Shown here piece after piece: positions 32,409 through 42,362 of a stretch of 64,000 nucleotides of DNA (positions within the stretch are counted from its first letter, which is position 1; every line of letters starts with the position of its first letter). This DNA is from Motiliproteus sp. (GTDB taxonomy: Bacteria > Pseudomonadota > Gammaproteobacteria > Pseudomonadales > Balneatricaceae): NCBI GenBank assembly GCA_036964625.1, contig JBALTG010000001.1, positions 25,379 to 89,378 of the forward strand, read 5' to 3'. Under the pieces are notes generated by a model that did not search any database, had not been told where the DNA came from, and saw only the letters and a list, made by a program, of their open reading frames with translations. A program made the translations under genes and the position numbers.

Positions 32409-33572
32409 ATGCGCTTTATCCACAGCTCCGATTGGCATATAGGCCGCCAGTTTCACAATGTCTCACTGCTGCAGGACCAACAGCATGTCCTCGACCAGCT
32501 GCTGGCCTACATCGCCAGTGAGGCGGTTGATGCACTGGTGATCGCCGGTGATATCTACGATCGCTCGGTCCCCCCGGCGGCGGCGGTGGAACTGCTGGAC
32601 CAGGTATTGAACCAGGTCTGCGCGGAGATGGGCGTGCCGGTGATCCTGATTCCCGGCAACCACGATGGCGCCGAACGACTGCGCTTCGGCGCGCGCCAGC
32701 TGCAACGTGCCGGGCTGCATATTATCGGTGATTTTGAACAGATGCTGACCCCGGTGACACTGATCGATAAGGTCTCCCAGGCAGAGGTGCATTTTTTCGG
32801 CATCCCCTACAACGATCCGGCGCTGGTTCGCGATCGCTTTGCCACCGAGGCCTCCAGTCACGATCAGGCCCATGCGTTCTTGATCGAGCAGATTAACGCG
32901 GTAAAAACAGCCGAGGTGCCGACGGTACTGATCAGTCACTGCTTTATCGATGGCGCGCAGCAATCCGAATCCGAACGGCCGCTGTCGATCGGCGGTGCCG
33001 ACCGCGTCAGTTACGAGCCCTTTAAGCCCTTCGATTATGTCGCCCTGGGCCACCTGCACAGCCCGCAGTACAAAGGCGAGCCGCATATTCGCTACTCCGG
33101 TTCGATTCTTAAATACAGTTTCTCGGAGCAGCATCAAAACAAGGGGGTGACCCTGGTTGAGTTAGATAGTGGCGGCCACTGCAGCACCCGCCACCTGCCG
33201 CTGAAACCGCTGCGCGATATGCGCATCCTTGAGGGTGAACTGGCAACGCTGCTGGAACAGGGCAAGGTCGATCCCCACAGTGATGATTACCTGCTGGTAC
33301 GGCTGACCGATCGCCATGCCATCCTCGACCCGATGGGAAAGCTACGCGCGGTCTACCCCAACGTCCTCCACTTGGAAAAACCGGGCATGCTGGAGACCGG
33401 TGAACAACAAATGAGCCGGGATAAACTCAAACGCGGCGAGCTGGAGATGTTCCGCGATTTCTTCATCCAGGTCTCCGGACAAGCGCTGAGTCCGGATCAG
33501 GACGCCGCCCTGATTAACACCCTCAACGAGTTGCAGTGCACCGCCACCGTTCGCGAGGAGCCCCAGCGATGA
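32409..33572 (+). CDS. sbcD: exonuclease SbcCD, nuclease subunit D
   Basis: MRFIHSSDWHIG is the Mre11-type phosphoesterase motif I. ATG at 32409 chosen over the track start at 32364. Confidence 0.93.
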   Translation: MRFIHSSDWHIGRQFHNVSLLQDQQHVLDQLLAYIASEAVDALVIAGDIYDRSVPPAAAVELLDQVLNQVCAEMGVPVILIPGNHDGAERLRFGARQLQRAGLHIIGDFEQMLTPVTLIDKVSQAEVHFFGIPYNDPALVRDRFATEASSHDQAHAFLIEQINAVKTAEVPTVLISHCFIDGAQQSESERPLSIGGADRVSYEPFKPFDYVALGHLHSPQYKGEPHIRYSGSILKYSFSEQHQNKGVTLVELDSGGHCSTRHLPLKPLRDMRILEGELATLLEQGKVDPHSDDYLLVRLTDRHAILDPMGKLRAVYPNVLHLEKPGMLETGEQQMSRDKLKRGELEMFRDFFIQVSGQALSPDQDAALINTLNELQCTATVREEPQR

Positions 33573-36500
33573 AGCCGCTCAAACTGACCCTGCAGGCCTT
33601 CGGCCCCTTTGCCACTACCGAACAGATCGACTTCAGCCTGCTGGGCGCTAATCCTCTGTTCCTGATCAACGGCCCGACCGGCGCCGGCAAGAGTTCGCTG
33701 CTGGACGCGATCTGCTTTGCGCTGTACGGCCAGACCACCGGTGCCGAGCGCGAACCGGCGCAGATGCGCTGCGATTACGCCGCTGCCGAGCTGCTGACCG
33801 AGGTGACGCTGGACTTTAGCCTGGGCCCTAAGTGCTACCGAATTCGCCGTGCAACGACCCAGGAGCGGCCTAAAGCGCGCGGGGAGGGCACCACCACCCA
33901 GCAGGCCGAGGCTCAACTATGGCGGTTGGATGACAGCCCCAACGGCTCGTTAATGGTGGCGAAAAAAGTCAACGAGGCGACCGAGCAGATTGAGCACCTT
34001 ATCGGCCTCAACGTCGAACAGTTCCGCCAGGTGATGGTGCTGCCGCAGGGGAAATTCCGCGAGCTGCTGATGGCCGACTCCAAAGAGCGCGAGAAGATCT
34101 TTGGCCAGCTGTTCCAGACCCAGGTCTACCGGCGCATCGAGGAACGACTCAAAGCGCAGGCCGCAGGTATTCGGCAGTCGGTCGAGCAGCACCAGAATCA
34201 GATCAAAGGGCTGCTGGAGGGTGTTGAGGTTAACGCCGAAACCGAGGTCGACGCCGAACTGGACATCCTGGCGCCCCAGCTGGCGGCAGCCGTCGCGCTC
34301 AAACTCAGCGCCCTGGAGGCCCAGGCCCAGGCAAGCCGCGCTCAAGATCAGGCCCGCGCACTGCTTGCACGCTTCGACAGCCAAGCCCTTAAGCAGCAGG
34401 AGCTAACCGCCAAGCAGGAGGCGGGCCCGGCCATCGAGGCGCAGCAGACCCGACTCGAACTGGCCGCTGCCGCGCAGAAACTCAAGCCCAGGCATGAGCA
34501 GCTACAGTATCAAACCCAGCAACAGGCCCGCATTAACCAGCAACTCGGGACCTGTTCCGCAATCCTGGAGCAAGCCCGCCAGGGGCTGACGCAGGCGCAG
34601 GCGCAGCTCAGCGAGGCGACTCAAGCGCATGCTCAGGTCGATACCCTCAAGCGCCAACAACTCGAACTGGAACAATACCAGGGCCGTATCCAGGCGCTGA
34701 CCGATGCTCAAGCCGAAGCCGCGCGGCGCCAGCAGGCCAGCAACGCCAGTCGCGCACAACTCCAGAGCCAGCAGCTCGCGCAGCAACAACTGCTCGATGA
34801 GCAGCTCCGCAGCGAAAACCAGGTAGCAGAACTCAACCGGGAGCTGGAATCGCTGGCACCGACCCAGATCGCACTCAATACGTTGCAGCAGCAGCTGCTG
34901 CAGCGCCAGGAGCTAGAAGCGCTGCGGCGTCACTACAAGGCCCTAGCGCTAAAACAACAAGCCGCGCAACAGCAGTATGAAACCAAGCGCGCCGAATCGG
35001 AATCCGTGCAAACCGCTACCCGCCAGTTAGAGCTGCGTTGGCATACCGGCCAGGCAGCGCTGCTGGCGGCTGAACTGAAGCAGGACCAGCCCTGTCCGGT
35101 CTGCGGTAGTATCGACCACCCCGCCGCCGCAGCCACCACGCCCGGTACCGAGCCGGTGACCAGTGAGCAGCTGGACAGCCAACGTGCGGCGCAAACCTGT
35201 ATCCTGGAGCAGCTGCAGGCAAGCCAGCAGGCGCTGGACTATGGCGCGCGCGATCTGGCCGATAACCTGGGCGCCGGACAGAAGCTGGCCGAGGTGATCG
35301 GTGCGCTGGCCACTCAGCCGCTCGCCGCGATTCAGTCCGACGTGGACCAGCGGCAACAGGCGCTGGCGACCCTGGCGACGCAGCAGCAACGCAAACAAAC
35401 GCTGAGCCAGCGTATCGACGCGATCAAGCAGCAGCTGACCGCGCTGCGTGAACCGCTGACGCGGCTCGAAACGCAGGCCGATCTGGATAAAACCAGCGAT
35501 CTCGAAGCCCGCGCCCGTATCACCGAGCTGCAGCAGCAACTCCCCGAGGCCTATCGGGATCGCGCGACGTTGCTGCAAGCGCTGAAGGCGATCGGTACCC
35601 AGCTCCAGGCATTAAACCAGGCGTTGGAGCGCGCTCAAACCGCCGTCACCCAGAGTCGTTCCGAGGTCGATAAAAGCGACGCTCAGTTGCAGGCGCTGAA
35701 CCAGCAGCAACAACAGCTGGCGACTCAGTGCGAGACGGCAGAGAGCAACTGGCAGCTGGCGCTGCGGGACAGTCCCTTTGACCGCATCGAGTCGTTTCAG
35801 CAGGCGTTGCTCGATGATAGCCAGCAGCAACAGATCGCGTCTGAGATAGAAGCGTATCGATCCGCGCTGAATAGCCTGATGGGCGCATTGGCGCTGTTGC
35901 AGCAGGAGCTGGCAGGCAAGACCCGCCCCGACCTGAGGATCATGGAAGCCGCCCTGGATGAAAAGACCAGCGTCTTTAACGGCGCCGATGAACACTGGCG
36001 TCAGCTGGATAAACGCCACAGCCAACTGCTCGGGGTGCAGCAAAAACTCCGGCGTGCGCATCAGACCCACGCCGACCTCGAAGCGCAGTATGCGATCTTC
36101 GGTACCCTCAGCGAGGTCGCCAACGGCCAGACCGGCGACAAGATCAGCCTGCAGCGCTTCGTCCTCAGCGTGCTGCTCGACGATGTGCTGATCCAGGCCT
36201 CGCAGCGCCTCAGCCTGATGAGCAAGGGGCGTTATCAGCTGGTACGCAAAGAGGCGCGGGCCAAGGGCAACAAGGCTTCAGGATTGGAGTTGGAGGTCGA
36301 AGACGGGTACAGCGGCAATACCCGCAGCGTCGCAACGCTGTCCGGCGGTGAGTCCTTTATGGCCGCGCTGGCACTGGCGCTGGGACTGTCCGATGTGGTG
36401 CAAGCGTATGCGGGCGGAATCAAGCTCGACACTCTGTTTATCGACGAAGGTTTCGGCAGTCTCGACCCCGAATCGCTGGACCTGGCGATCCGTACCCTGA

Positions 36501-36631
36501 TCGATCTGCAAGCCAGCGGCCGCACCATCGGCATCATCTCCCACGTAGCGGAGCTGAAAGAGCAGATGGCGCTGCGCCTCGATGTGATCAGCGGCCGCCA
36601 GGGCAGCCGGGTGCAAACGGTCTGTGGCTAA
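33569..36631 (+). CDS. sbcC: exonuclease SbcCD, ATPase subunit C
   Basis: MKPLKLTLQAFGPFA...INGPTGAGKSS Walker A, a long Q/A/L-rich coiled coil with a CPVCGS zinc hook, and a C-terminal LSGGE signature. ATGA overlap with the sbcD stop. Confidence 0.95.
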   Translation: MKPLKLTLQAFGPFATTEQIDFSLLGANPLFLINGPTGAGKSSLLDAICFALYGQTTGAEREPAQMRCDYAAAELLTEVTLDFSLGPKCYRIRRATTQERPKARGEGTTTQQAEAQLWRLDDSPNGSLMVAKKVNEATEQIEHLIGLNVEQFRQVMVLPQGKFRELLMADSKEREKIFGQLFQTQVYRRIEERLKAQAAGIRQSVEQHQNQIKGLLEGVEVNAETEVDAELDILAPQLAAAVALKLSALEAQAQASRAQDQARALLARFDSQALKQQELTAKQEAGPAIEAQQTRLELAAAAQKLKPRHEQLQYQTQQQARINQQLGTCSAILEQARQGLTQAQAQLSEATQAHAQVDTLKRQQLELEQYQGRIQALTDAQAEAARRQQASNASRAQLQSQQLAQQQLLDEQLRSENQVAELNRELESLAPTQIALNTLQQQLLQRQELEALRRHYKALALKQQAAQQQYETKRAESESVQTATRQLELRWHTGQAALLAAELKQDQPCPVCGSIDHPAAAATTPGTEPVTSEQLDSQRAAQTCILEQLQASQQALDYGARDLADNLGAGQKLAEVIGALATQPLAAIQSDVDQRQQALATLATQQQRKQTLSQRIDAIKQQLTALREPLTRLETQADLDKTSDLEARARITELQQQLPEAYRDRATLLQALKAIGTQLQALNQALERAQTAVTQSRSEVDKSDAQLQALNQQQQQLATQCETAESNWQLALRDSPFDRIESFQQALLDDSQQQQIASEIEAYRSALNSLMGALALLQQELAGKTRPDLRIMEAALDEKTSVFNGADEHWRQLDKRHSQLLGVQQKLRRAHQTHADLEAQYAIFGTLSEVANGQTGDKISLQRFVLSVLLDDVLIQASQRLSLMSKGRYQLVRKEARAKGNKASGLELEVEDGYSGNTRSVATLSGGESFMAALALALGLSDVVQAYAGGIKLDTLFIDEGFGSLDPESLDLAIRTLIDLQASGRTIGIISHVAELKEQMALRLDVISGRQGSRVQTVCG

Positions 36632-36766
36632 GCCCGCTCTTTGGCCAGCATGGCTGGGTTTAACAGCCATGCAAGGTGAACATTAAGTGGCATGCCTTAG
36701 CGCATGCTTTGACCTAACGTCGTGTATAAGGTGTAAAGTCCGGCCTTTAAACTCCAGAGAATCATC

Positions 36767-38008
36767 ATGAACCGGAGCAACACTCACATAGGCAGCAGAG
36801 AGTTTATCTGCCTGATGGCCGCGCTTATGTCGCTTGTCGCCCTGGCGATCGATTCCATGCTACCGGCCTTGGATCAGATCGGCGCGAGCCTTGGCGTGCT
36901 TGATCCCAATGATAATCAACTGATCATTTCAACCCTCTTTCTTGGGATGGCAATGGGACTGATGCTCTACGGGCCGCTGTCGGATTCGTATGGCCGGAAG
37001 AACGCCATTTACCTGGGCATTTTGATTTTTCTGCTCGGTAATCTGATCTCTCTGTATTCTGAGAACCTCACCTTTATGCTGATTGGACGGCTGTGCCAGG
37101 GGTTTGGTGCGGCGGCTACTCGGGTCGTTTCCATAGCGATGATCCGGGACAAATTTGAAGGCAGAGAGATGGGCAAAGTGATGTCCCTTATCATGGTTTT
37201 TTTCGTGATGGTGCCCGCCATTGCACCCACACTCGGCCAGGGAATCCTGCTGTTTGCATCTTGGCGGGGCATTTTCTGGCTGCTGTTTTTTGCCGGGATC
37301 GGTGGCGTCTTATGGCTGCATTTTCGTCAACCTGAAACCCTGGCAAAGGAAAAGCGCCTGCGGTTCTCACTTTCAACCATTTTCGCGGGCGTGAAGGAGA
37401 CGCTTAAACATCCGATTGCTCGTTATTACATGATCGCGGCGGGAATTATCTTTGGCTCATTTGTTGGCTACTTGAGTTCTGCCCAGCAGGTTTTACAAAT
37501 TCAATATCAGCTCGGTGAGACCTTTTCGCTGTATTTTGGTGCCCTTGCGTTAGCCATCGGTTTTTCATCGCTGGTTAATTCGAAGCTGGTCATGCGCTAC
37601 CGCATGGACACACTGTGCTTCGCCGCCCTGACGCTTCTATCCATCGCGTCCACCCTGTTCTTTTTGTATGCGCAGGGCTTCGCAGGACAGCCGCCGTTGG
37701 CAACACTGATGGGGTATCTTGCGGTGACATTTTTTTGCTTAGGAATTCTTTTTGGAAATCTGAATACCCTGGCAGTACAGTCTCTCGGGCATATCGCCGG
37801 AGTCGCCACCTCCGTGATCAGCTCGATACAGACGTTGGTGTCGGTGGTCATTGGCAGCCTGATCGGGCAAGCGTTCGATGGCACGGTGCGGCCCATGGTC
37901 CTTGGCTTTCTCGTGTGTGGGATTTGCGCCTTGCTTATTCTGAGCTACGTGCGCAAAAAACTGCCAGCGCTGAAGCAAGCCTCCGATCAGAAAACCGCCA
38001 CGCGTTGA
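36767..38008 (+). CDS. MFS transporter, Bcr/CflA (DHA1) drug-efflux subfamily
   Basis: 413 aa, 12 TM segments, with the GPLSDSYGRK motif between TM2 and TM3. Confidence 0.85.
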   Translation: MNRSNTHIGSREFICLMAALMSLVALAIDSMLPALDQIGASLGVLDPNDNQLIISTLFLGMAMGLMLYGPLSDSYGRKNAIYLGILIFLLGNLISLYSENLTFMLIGRLCQGFGAAATRVVSIAMIRDKFEGREMGKVMSLIMVFFVMVPAIAPTLGQGILLFASWRGIFWLLFFAGIGGVLWLHFRQPETLAKEKRLRFSLSTIFAGVKETLKHPIARYYMIAAGIIFGSFVGYLSSAQQVLQIQYQLGETFSLYFGALALAIGFSSLVNSKLVMRYRMDTLCFAALTLLSIASTLFFLYAQGFAGQPPLATLMGYLAVTFFCLGILFGNLNTLAVQSLGHIAGVATSVISSIQTLVSVVIGSLIGQAFDGTVRPMVLGFLVCGICALLILSYVRKKLPALKQASDQKTATR

Positions 38009-38115
38009 GCGGGCATGATTAATAGTCATACCCGGCATCTCGCATTTGCATTTGCATTTCACCCATTGCCATTGCACCAGTTAGACTGGTGCCTGCAACG
38101 TTTTGAGATCCAAAC

Positions 38116-38724
38116 ATGAGCCTGAGCGTCTGGTTTTCCCTCGTCATTATTTGCCTCCTTGGGGCCATATCCCCAGGGCCGAGTGTGGTCGTGGTGTTGC
38201 GTCACAGCCTGAGCAACGGCCGCTTGCACGGTATTCTAGCCGCGCTCGCGCATACGCTGGGAGTGGCCACCTGGGCGATATTGACGATTTCAGGACTGGC
38301 GTTGCTGGTGACCGAAACGCCCTTGCTGTTTAGCGTGATCACCTATACCGGAGCGGGTTATTTAGCCTGGATCGGAGTCAAAGCGCTGCAGTCCAAGGGC
38401 CAACGATTCCTCCAGACCCGCACATCCAGGGCACCTCTGTCCGCAGCGGTTAGGGACGGCGCGACGGTTGCCCTGTTGAATCCGAAGCTGGCGATCTTCT
38501 TTATTGCCCTGTTTTCACAGTTTATCTCTGCGGAGATGGCCCTGGCCGAGCAATGGATCACCGTGGCAACCGTGACCACCATCGATGGCCTTTGGTACCT
38601 TTGCGTTGCGATCATCTTGTCCAACTCGCGCGTGATAGAGCAGCTGCAAAAGCAATCGGTGCTTATCGACAGAATCAGCGGCGTGGTCTTGCTCGGATTG
38701 GCCTTGAGGGTGATCACTCTTTAG
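38116..38724 (+). CDS. LysE/RhtB family amino-acid exporter
   Basis: 202 aa, 5-6 TM segments. The N-terminal ..ISPGPS.. motif is typical of LysE/RhtB. Confidence 0.85.
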   Translation: MSLSVWFSLVIICLLGAISPGPSVVVVLRHSLSNGRLHGILAALAHTLGVATWAILTISGLALLVTETPLLFSVITYTGAGYLAWIGVKALQSKGQRFLQTRTSRAPLSAAVRDGATVALLNPKLAIFFIALFSQFISAEMALAEQWITVATVTTIDGLWYLCVAIILSNSRVIEQLQKQSVLIDRISGVVLLGLALRVITL

Positions 38725-38943
38725 GCCCCTTTGAGCCTGAATTAAATCCTTAATTAAACCCAGATCACGGCACTGGTCCCTTTATAACCGCACCTTAGGA
38801 GCTAGCAGCGGTTTTTAAGCCGCTGATATCAGGAGATAGCCACTAGACTACTTTCAGTCACTGAATTAAAGATGCGGTAACAGCAGGAACCATTATCGAC
38901 GGAATGACTCATAGGCTCAGACATTTGGGGACCCTTGAATCTT

Positions 38944-40581
38944 ATGCTTAGAAATTTGCGACTCTGTACCGGCTTGGTGCTGGCTAGCTTTATCAGCCTG
39001 CATCTGCTTAATCACGCCCTCGGGCTGGCGTCGCTGGATGCGATGGAGGCCGTGCGTGAAGTGCTGGCGCCCTTCTGGGGCACCTGGCCGATGATGTTTC
39101 TACTGTACGGCTCGCTGCTAACCCATCTGCTGCTGGCGTTCCACTCCCTCTACAACCGTACAACCTTGCGCATGCCACTTTGGGAAGCAGCCCAACTGCT
39201 GCTGGGACTGTCGATTCCACCCTTGCTGCTGGTGCACCTGATCGGAACGCGGGTCACCATGGAGCTGATGGATATTGAAGTCCAGTACCGGCATGTGATC
39301 ACCGCCCTGTGGAGCCTGCCCTATAAGGTTGAGTGGCAGACAGTATTGATCCTGGTGGTGTGGGGGCATCTGTTACTGGGCTTGCACTACTGGTTGCGGC
39401 TCAAGCAGGGTTATCGAGACAGCCAATGGTTGTGGCAAATCATGGCGACCCTGGTGCCGTTGCTGGCGCTGCTGGGATTTTATCGGATGGGGTGGGAGTT
39501 GGGCAGCGTGGATATGGCGGTGCGCAAGGCAGAGTTGGTGGCCAAGGATCCGACAATGATGGCGTTTATCGGCACCCTCGAAGAGCGCGGCTTAACTATC
39601 TATTGGGGGGCACTGGCACTGGTCATGCTGGCGCGCTATGTGCGAGCGGTCTATCGAGTCAATTTTGGCTCGATTATGGTCGAACATCCTGCTCGGGGGG
39701 TGTTTTCTGCCCCGATTGGATCGTCCCTGCTGGATGCCTTGAGATCCGCGGGCGTTGATCACTCGTCGGTGTGCGGGGGACGTGCACGCTGTACCACCTG
39801 TCGTGTCCGGGTCACGCGTGGATTGGAGAAATTACCGCCACCGGAAGAGGCGGAACGTAAGGCCCTTGAAGGAATTCGTGCGGATCCCTCTACGCGACTG
39901 GCGTGCCAGGTGCACTTGTGTGCCGATATCGCGGTTGTGCCACTGATACCCCCAGGCTATGGCATGGACTATGTGCGCCGTCCGGGAGGCATCGAAGGCA
40001 AAGAGCAGCAGCTGGCTATATTATTCGTTGATCTGCGCGACTCCACCCGTTTGGGCGAACAACGCCTGCCTTACGACGTGGTTTTTGTGCTTAATCAATT
40101 TTTCGCCGAGATGTCGGCCGCACTGGAGCAAACCGATGGCCATTACGCTCAGTTCAACGGTGACGGCCTGATGGCGATTTACGGATTGAGCAGCGATCTG
40201 CAGAGCGCCTGTCGACAAGCCCTTAAAGGCGCTCGATCCATGTTTGAACGCGTCGAACAACTCAATCTGCGCCTACAGCAGGAGCTTGAGCAGCCGCTGC
40301 GCATCGGTGTGGGCATTCACTGTGGTGAGGCGATTGTCGGCGCGATGGGACCGCCCAGCGCACCGATACTGTCGGCGGTGGGGGATACGGTCAACACGGC
40401 GGCGCGATTGGAATCACAATGCAAACCCTCCCAGGTACCGCTGCTGGTTTCAAAACAAACGTTTGAGTATGCCCAACTACCCATTACCGATGAGGTTCAG
40501 GAACTGCCGTTGCGGGGCCGTTATCAGCCGCTTGAGGTGGTGATGGTGCGCGATCCGATGAGCTTGCCAGCGAGTTCCTGA
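38944..40581 (+). CDS. membrane-anchored 2Fe-2S ferredoxin-domain / class III adenylate-guanylate cyclase fusion protein
   Basis: N-terminal His-rich TM bundle, then CGGRARCTTCRV...LACQV (plant-type 2Fe-2S), then CHD motifs AILFVDLRDST, FNGDGLMAIYG and VGDTVNTAARLES. Start is ATG 38944 or TTG 38935. Confidence 0.85.
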   Translation: MLRNLRLCTGLVLASFISLHLLNHALGLASLDAMEAVREVLAPFWGTWPMMFLLYGSLLTHLLLAFHSLYNRTTLRMPLWEAAQLLLGLSIPPLLLVHLIGTRVTMELMDIEVQYRHVITALWSLPYKVEWQTVLILVVWGHLLLGLHYWLRLKQGYRDSQWLWQIMATLVPLLALLGFYRMGWELGSVDMAVRKAELVAKDPTMMAFIGTLEERGLTIYWGALALVMLARYVRAVYRVNFGSIMVEHPARGVFSAPIGSSLLDALRSAGVDHSSVCGGRARCTTCRVRVTRGLEKLPPPEEAERKALEGIRADPSTRLACQVHLCADIAVVPLIPPGYGMDYVRRPGGIEGKEQQLAILFVDLRDSTRLGEQRLPYDVVFVLNQFFAEMSAALEQTDGHYAQFNGDGLMAIYGLSSDLQSACRQALKGARSMFERVEQLNLRLQQELEQPLRIGVGIHCGEAIVGAMGPPSAPILSAVGDTVNTAARLESQCKPSQVPLLVSKQTFEYAQLPITDEVQELPLRGRYQPLEVVMVRDPMSLPASS

Positions 40582-40643
40582 TCGCACCCTGAGGATCAAT
40601 ATCGGCAATAGGCGTATTGGACATGGATAGAGCAACGCAGGAC

Positions 40644-40835
40644 CTATGCCCAAAGCGTCATCACCTCACTCGCTGGCGCCTTCTTTTTGGCTGCCGCCGT
40701 ACTGGGTTCTTTTTGAGGCAGGAGTGTCCATCCCATAGAGCCGCTGATCAGTAGATCGCCCGGTAGATCCAGTCTGCGGGAGCGCTTTTTAGCGTTTGTC
40801 GCCTTCTCCTCGTCGCTCATTTCATCAATGTTCAT
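40644..40835 (-). CDS. hypothetical small protein (63 aa)
   Basis: The ATG at 40835 follows a strong AAGGAGG Shine-Dalgarno at a 5 nt spacing. Charged N-terminus MNIDEMSDEEKATNAKKR. No family recognised. Confidence 0.5.
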   Translation of the reverse strand: MNIDEMSDEEKATNAKKRSRRLDLPGDLLISGSMGWTLLPQKEPSTAAAKKKAPASEVMTLWA

Positions 40836-41187
40836 CACGCCCTCCTTACCGCCTCTGGTTGCGGTGTACGACATGTCGACCAACTATCACTTACTACCCG
40901 CGACAGGCGTCCTTAACAAGGCCGCCTGTCGCAAACCCTAGCCGAGCAAACTGGCTCATGTCGCGTGCTACGCGTTGCAGCCAGGCGGGTCGTGTTTTCG
41001 TCAAGGGCTTGAGATTCAGTATAGTCAGTTGGAGAAGGGGGGGCGTCAGCAGCCATTTCTCGAGGCGATGTTATTGAGCCTCCGTGCTCTTGGAGACCGG
41101 CAACTGAATCTGATCGACCTAACAACAACCCTATTTTGCGGTTATGTGATCTTGTCACTGAAGCCTTCAGCGCGCTCCTCTATGGTT

Positions 41188-41247
41188 AGGGAACCTGCGA
41201 ACAAGTCCACTTGCAGAAACACTTGGGGACTTATTCGTAGGTTCCTT
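41188..41247 (+). other. long imperfect hairpin (about 20 bp of pairing) in the region upstream of the DUF2892 gene
   Basis: AGGGAACCT/AGGTTCCTT, GCGAA/TTCGT and AAGTCC/GGACTT pair in nested order. The two G-T pairs are allowed only in a plus-strand RNA. Confidence 0.4.
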
Positions 41248-41323
41248 AGCCTGTAAACCCGCTGTTTGGGTGAGCCAGCGTCATCAAGCAGAGTTAACCT
41301 GACTATTAGGTAGGAGCATCATC

Positions 41324-41518
41324 ATGGAAAAGAACGTAGGTACAATCGATAAATCCTTGCGCATCATTGCTGGCATCGTGATGTTGTCGTTGGTTTTTGT
41401 GGGTCCACAGAGCCCCTGGGGCTGGATTGGTGTCGTACCGCTCCTGACCGCACTGATCGGCTGGTGTCCGGCGTATAAGTTGCTGGGCCTGAGCACCTGC
41501 GCTAAGTGCAAGGCCTGA
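41324..41518 (+). CDS. DUF2892 (YgaP-like) small membrane protein
   Basis: 64 aa. MEKNVGTIDKSLRIIAG...WCPAY.LLG is the DUF2892 signature. A GGAG RBS lies upstream. Confidence 0.8.
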   Translation: MEKNVGTIDKSLRIIAGIVMLSLVFVGPQSPWGWIGVVPLLTALIGWCPAYKLLGLSTCAKCKA

Positions 41519-41742
41519 TATAGGCGATCCTTTGATTGTGCCCTATAAAGAGAAGGCGCTCAGGGCACACTGATAACGATGACCCGCTAACAGCCTGCCT
41601 TGCGCAGGTTGTTTGCGTTGTGGCTTGTGTGGGTCAAATTACGCCTCGCGGCTGTTTTGCAGCGGCTTTGGATTCAGTTCAGTTAGCATTCAGTTCTGTC
41701 CGGCTATCCTAGGCACAAGATCACAGCAAAAGGGATAGCGTC

Positions 41743-42339
41743 ATGAACTCAGCATCTATTACACGACTCCTGATTACCGGTTTGACCGTTGCCAGTCTGA
41801 GCATGGGTCAGGCATGGGCCGAGTCGTCGCATCGAAACGATCGGGGCCACGGCGGTAAGGGCAAGGCCCGGCAAACATTTGCCAAGGTCGTCGCCGTGGA
41901 GCCGATCACCGAATCTATAGCTCAGCGAATTCCACATCAGCAGTGCTGGACCGAGCAGATCCGTTACCAAGCGCCCAGCGGTGGCTCTGGCTCTGGCTCT
42001 AATACTGCGGCTATTTTTGGCGGTATTGTGGGTGCGGCGATCGGCAACAGTATTGGCCGTGGCCATCATCGGGATAACAAGAATATTAAAACGCTCGCAG
42101 GAGGGTTGTTGGGGGCGGCGATCGGTAATGATATCGGCGCACGAAATCGTATCCGCAACAGCCGGGTCGAATATCGCGATGAGCAGCGCTGCAACACCGA
42201 GTATGAGACTCGCTGGGAGCAGAAGATCATCGGCTACGACGTAACCTACCGTTATCGGGGCGAGACATACAACACCCGCATGGACTATGATCCGGGTGAT
42301 AAACTTCGTGTTCAGGTACAAGTACGGCCGGTATTCTGA
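41743..42339 (+). CDS. secreted glycine-zipper (17 kDa antigen-like) protein
   Basis: Signal peptide plus two GxxxGxxxG zippers (FGGIVGAAIGNSIG and LAGGLLGAAIGNDIG). Confidence 0.75.
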   Translation: MNSASITRLLITGLTVASLSMGQAWAESSHRNDRGHGGKGKARQTFAKVVAVEPITESIAQRIPHQQCWTEQIRYQAPSGGSGSGSNTAAIFGGIVGAAIGNSIGRGHHRDNKNIKTLAGGLLGAAIGNDIGARNRIRNSRVEYRDEQRCNTEYETRWEQKIIGYDVTYRYRGETYNTRMDYDPGDKLRVQVQVRPVF

Positions 42340-42362
42340 TCCGGCCGGGAGGCAGGGATAGA

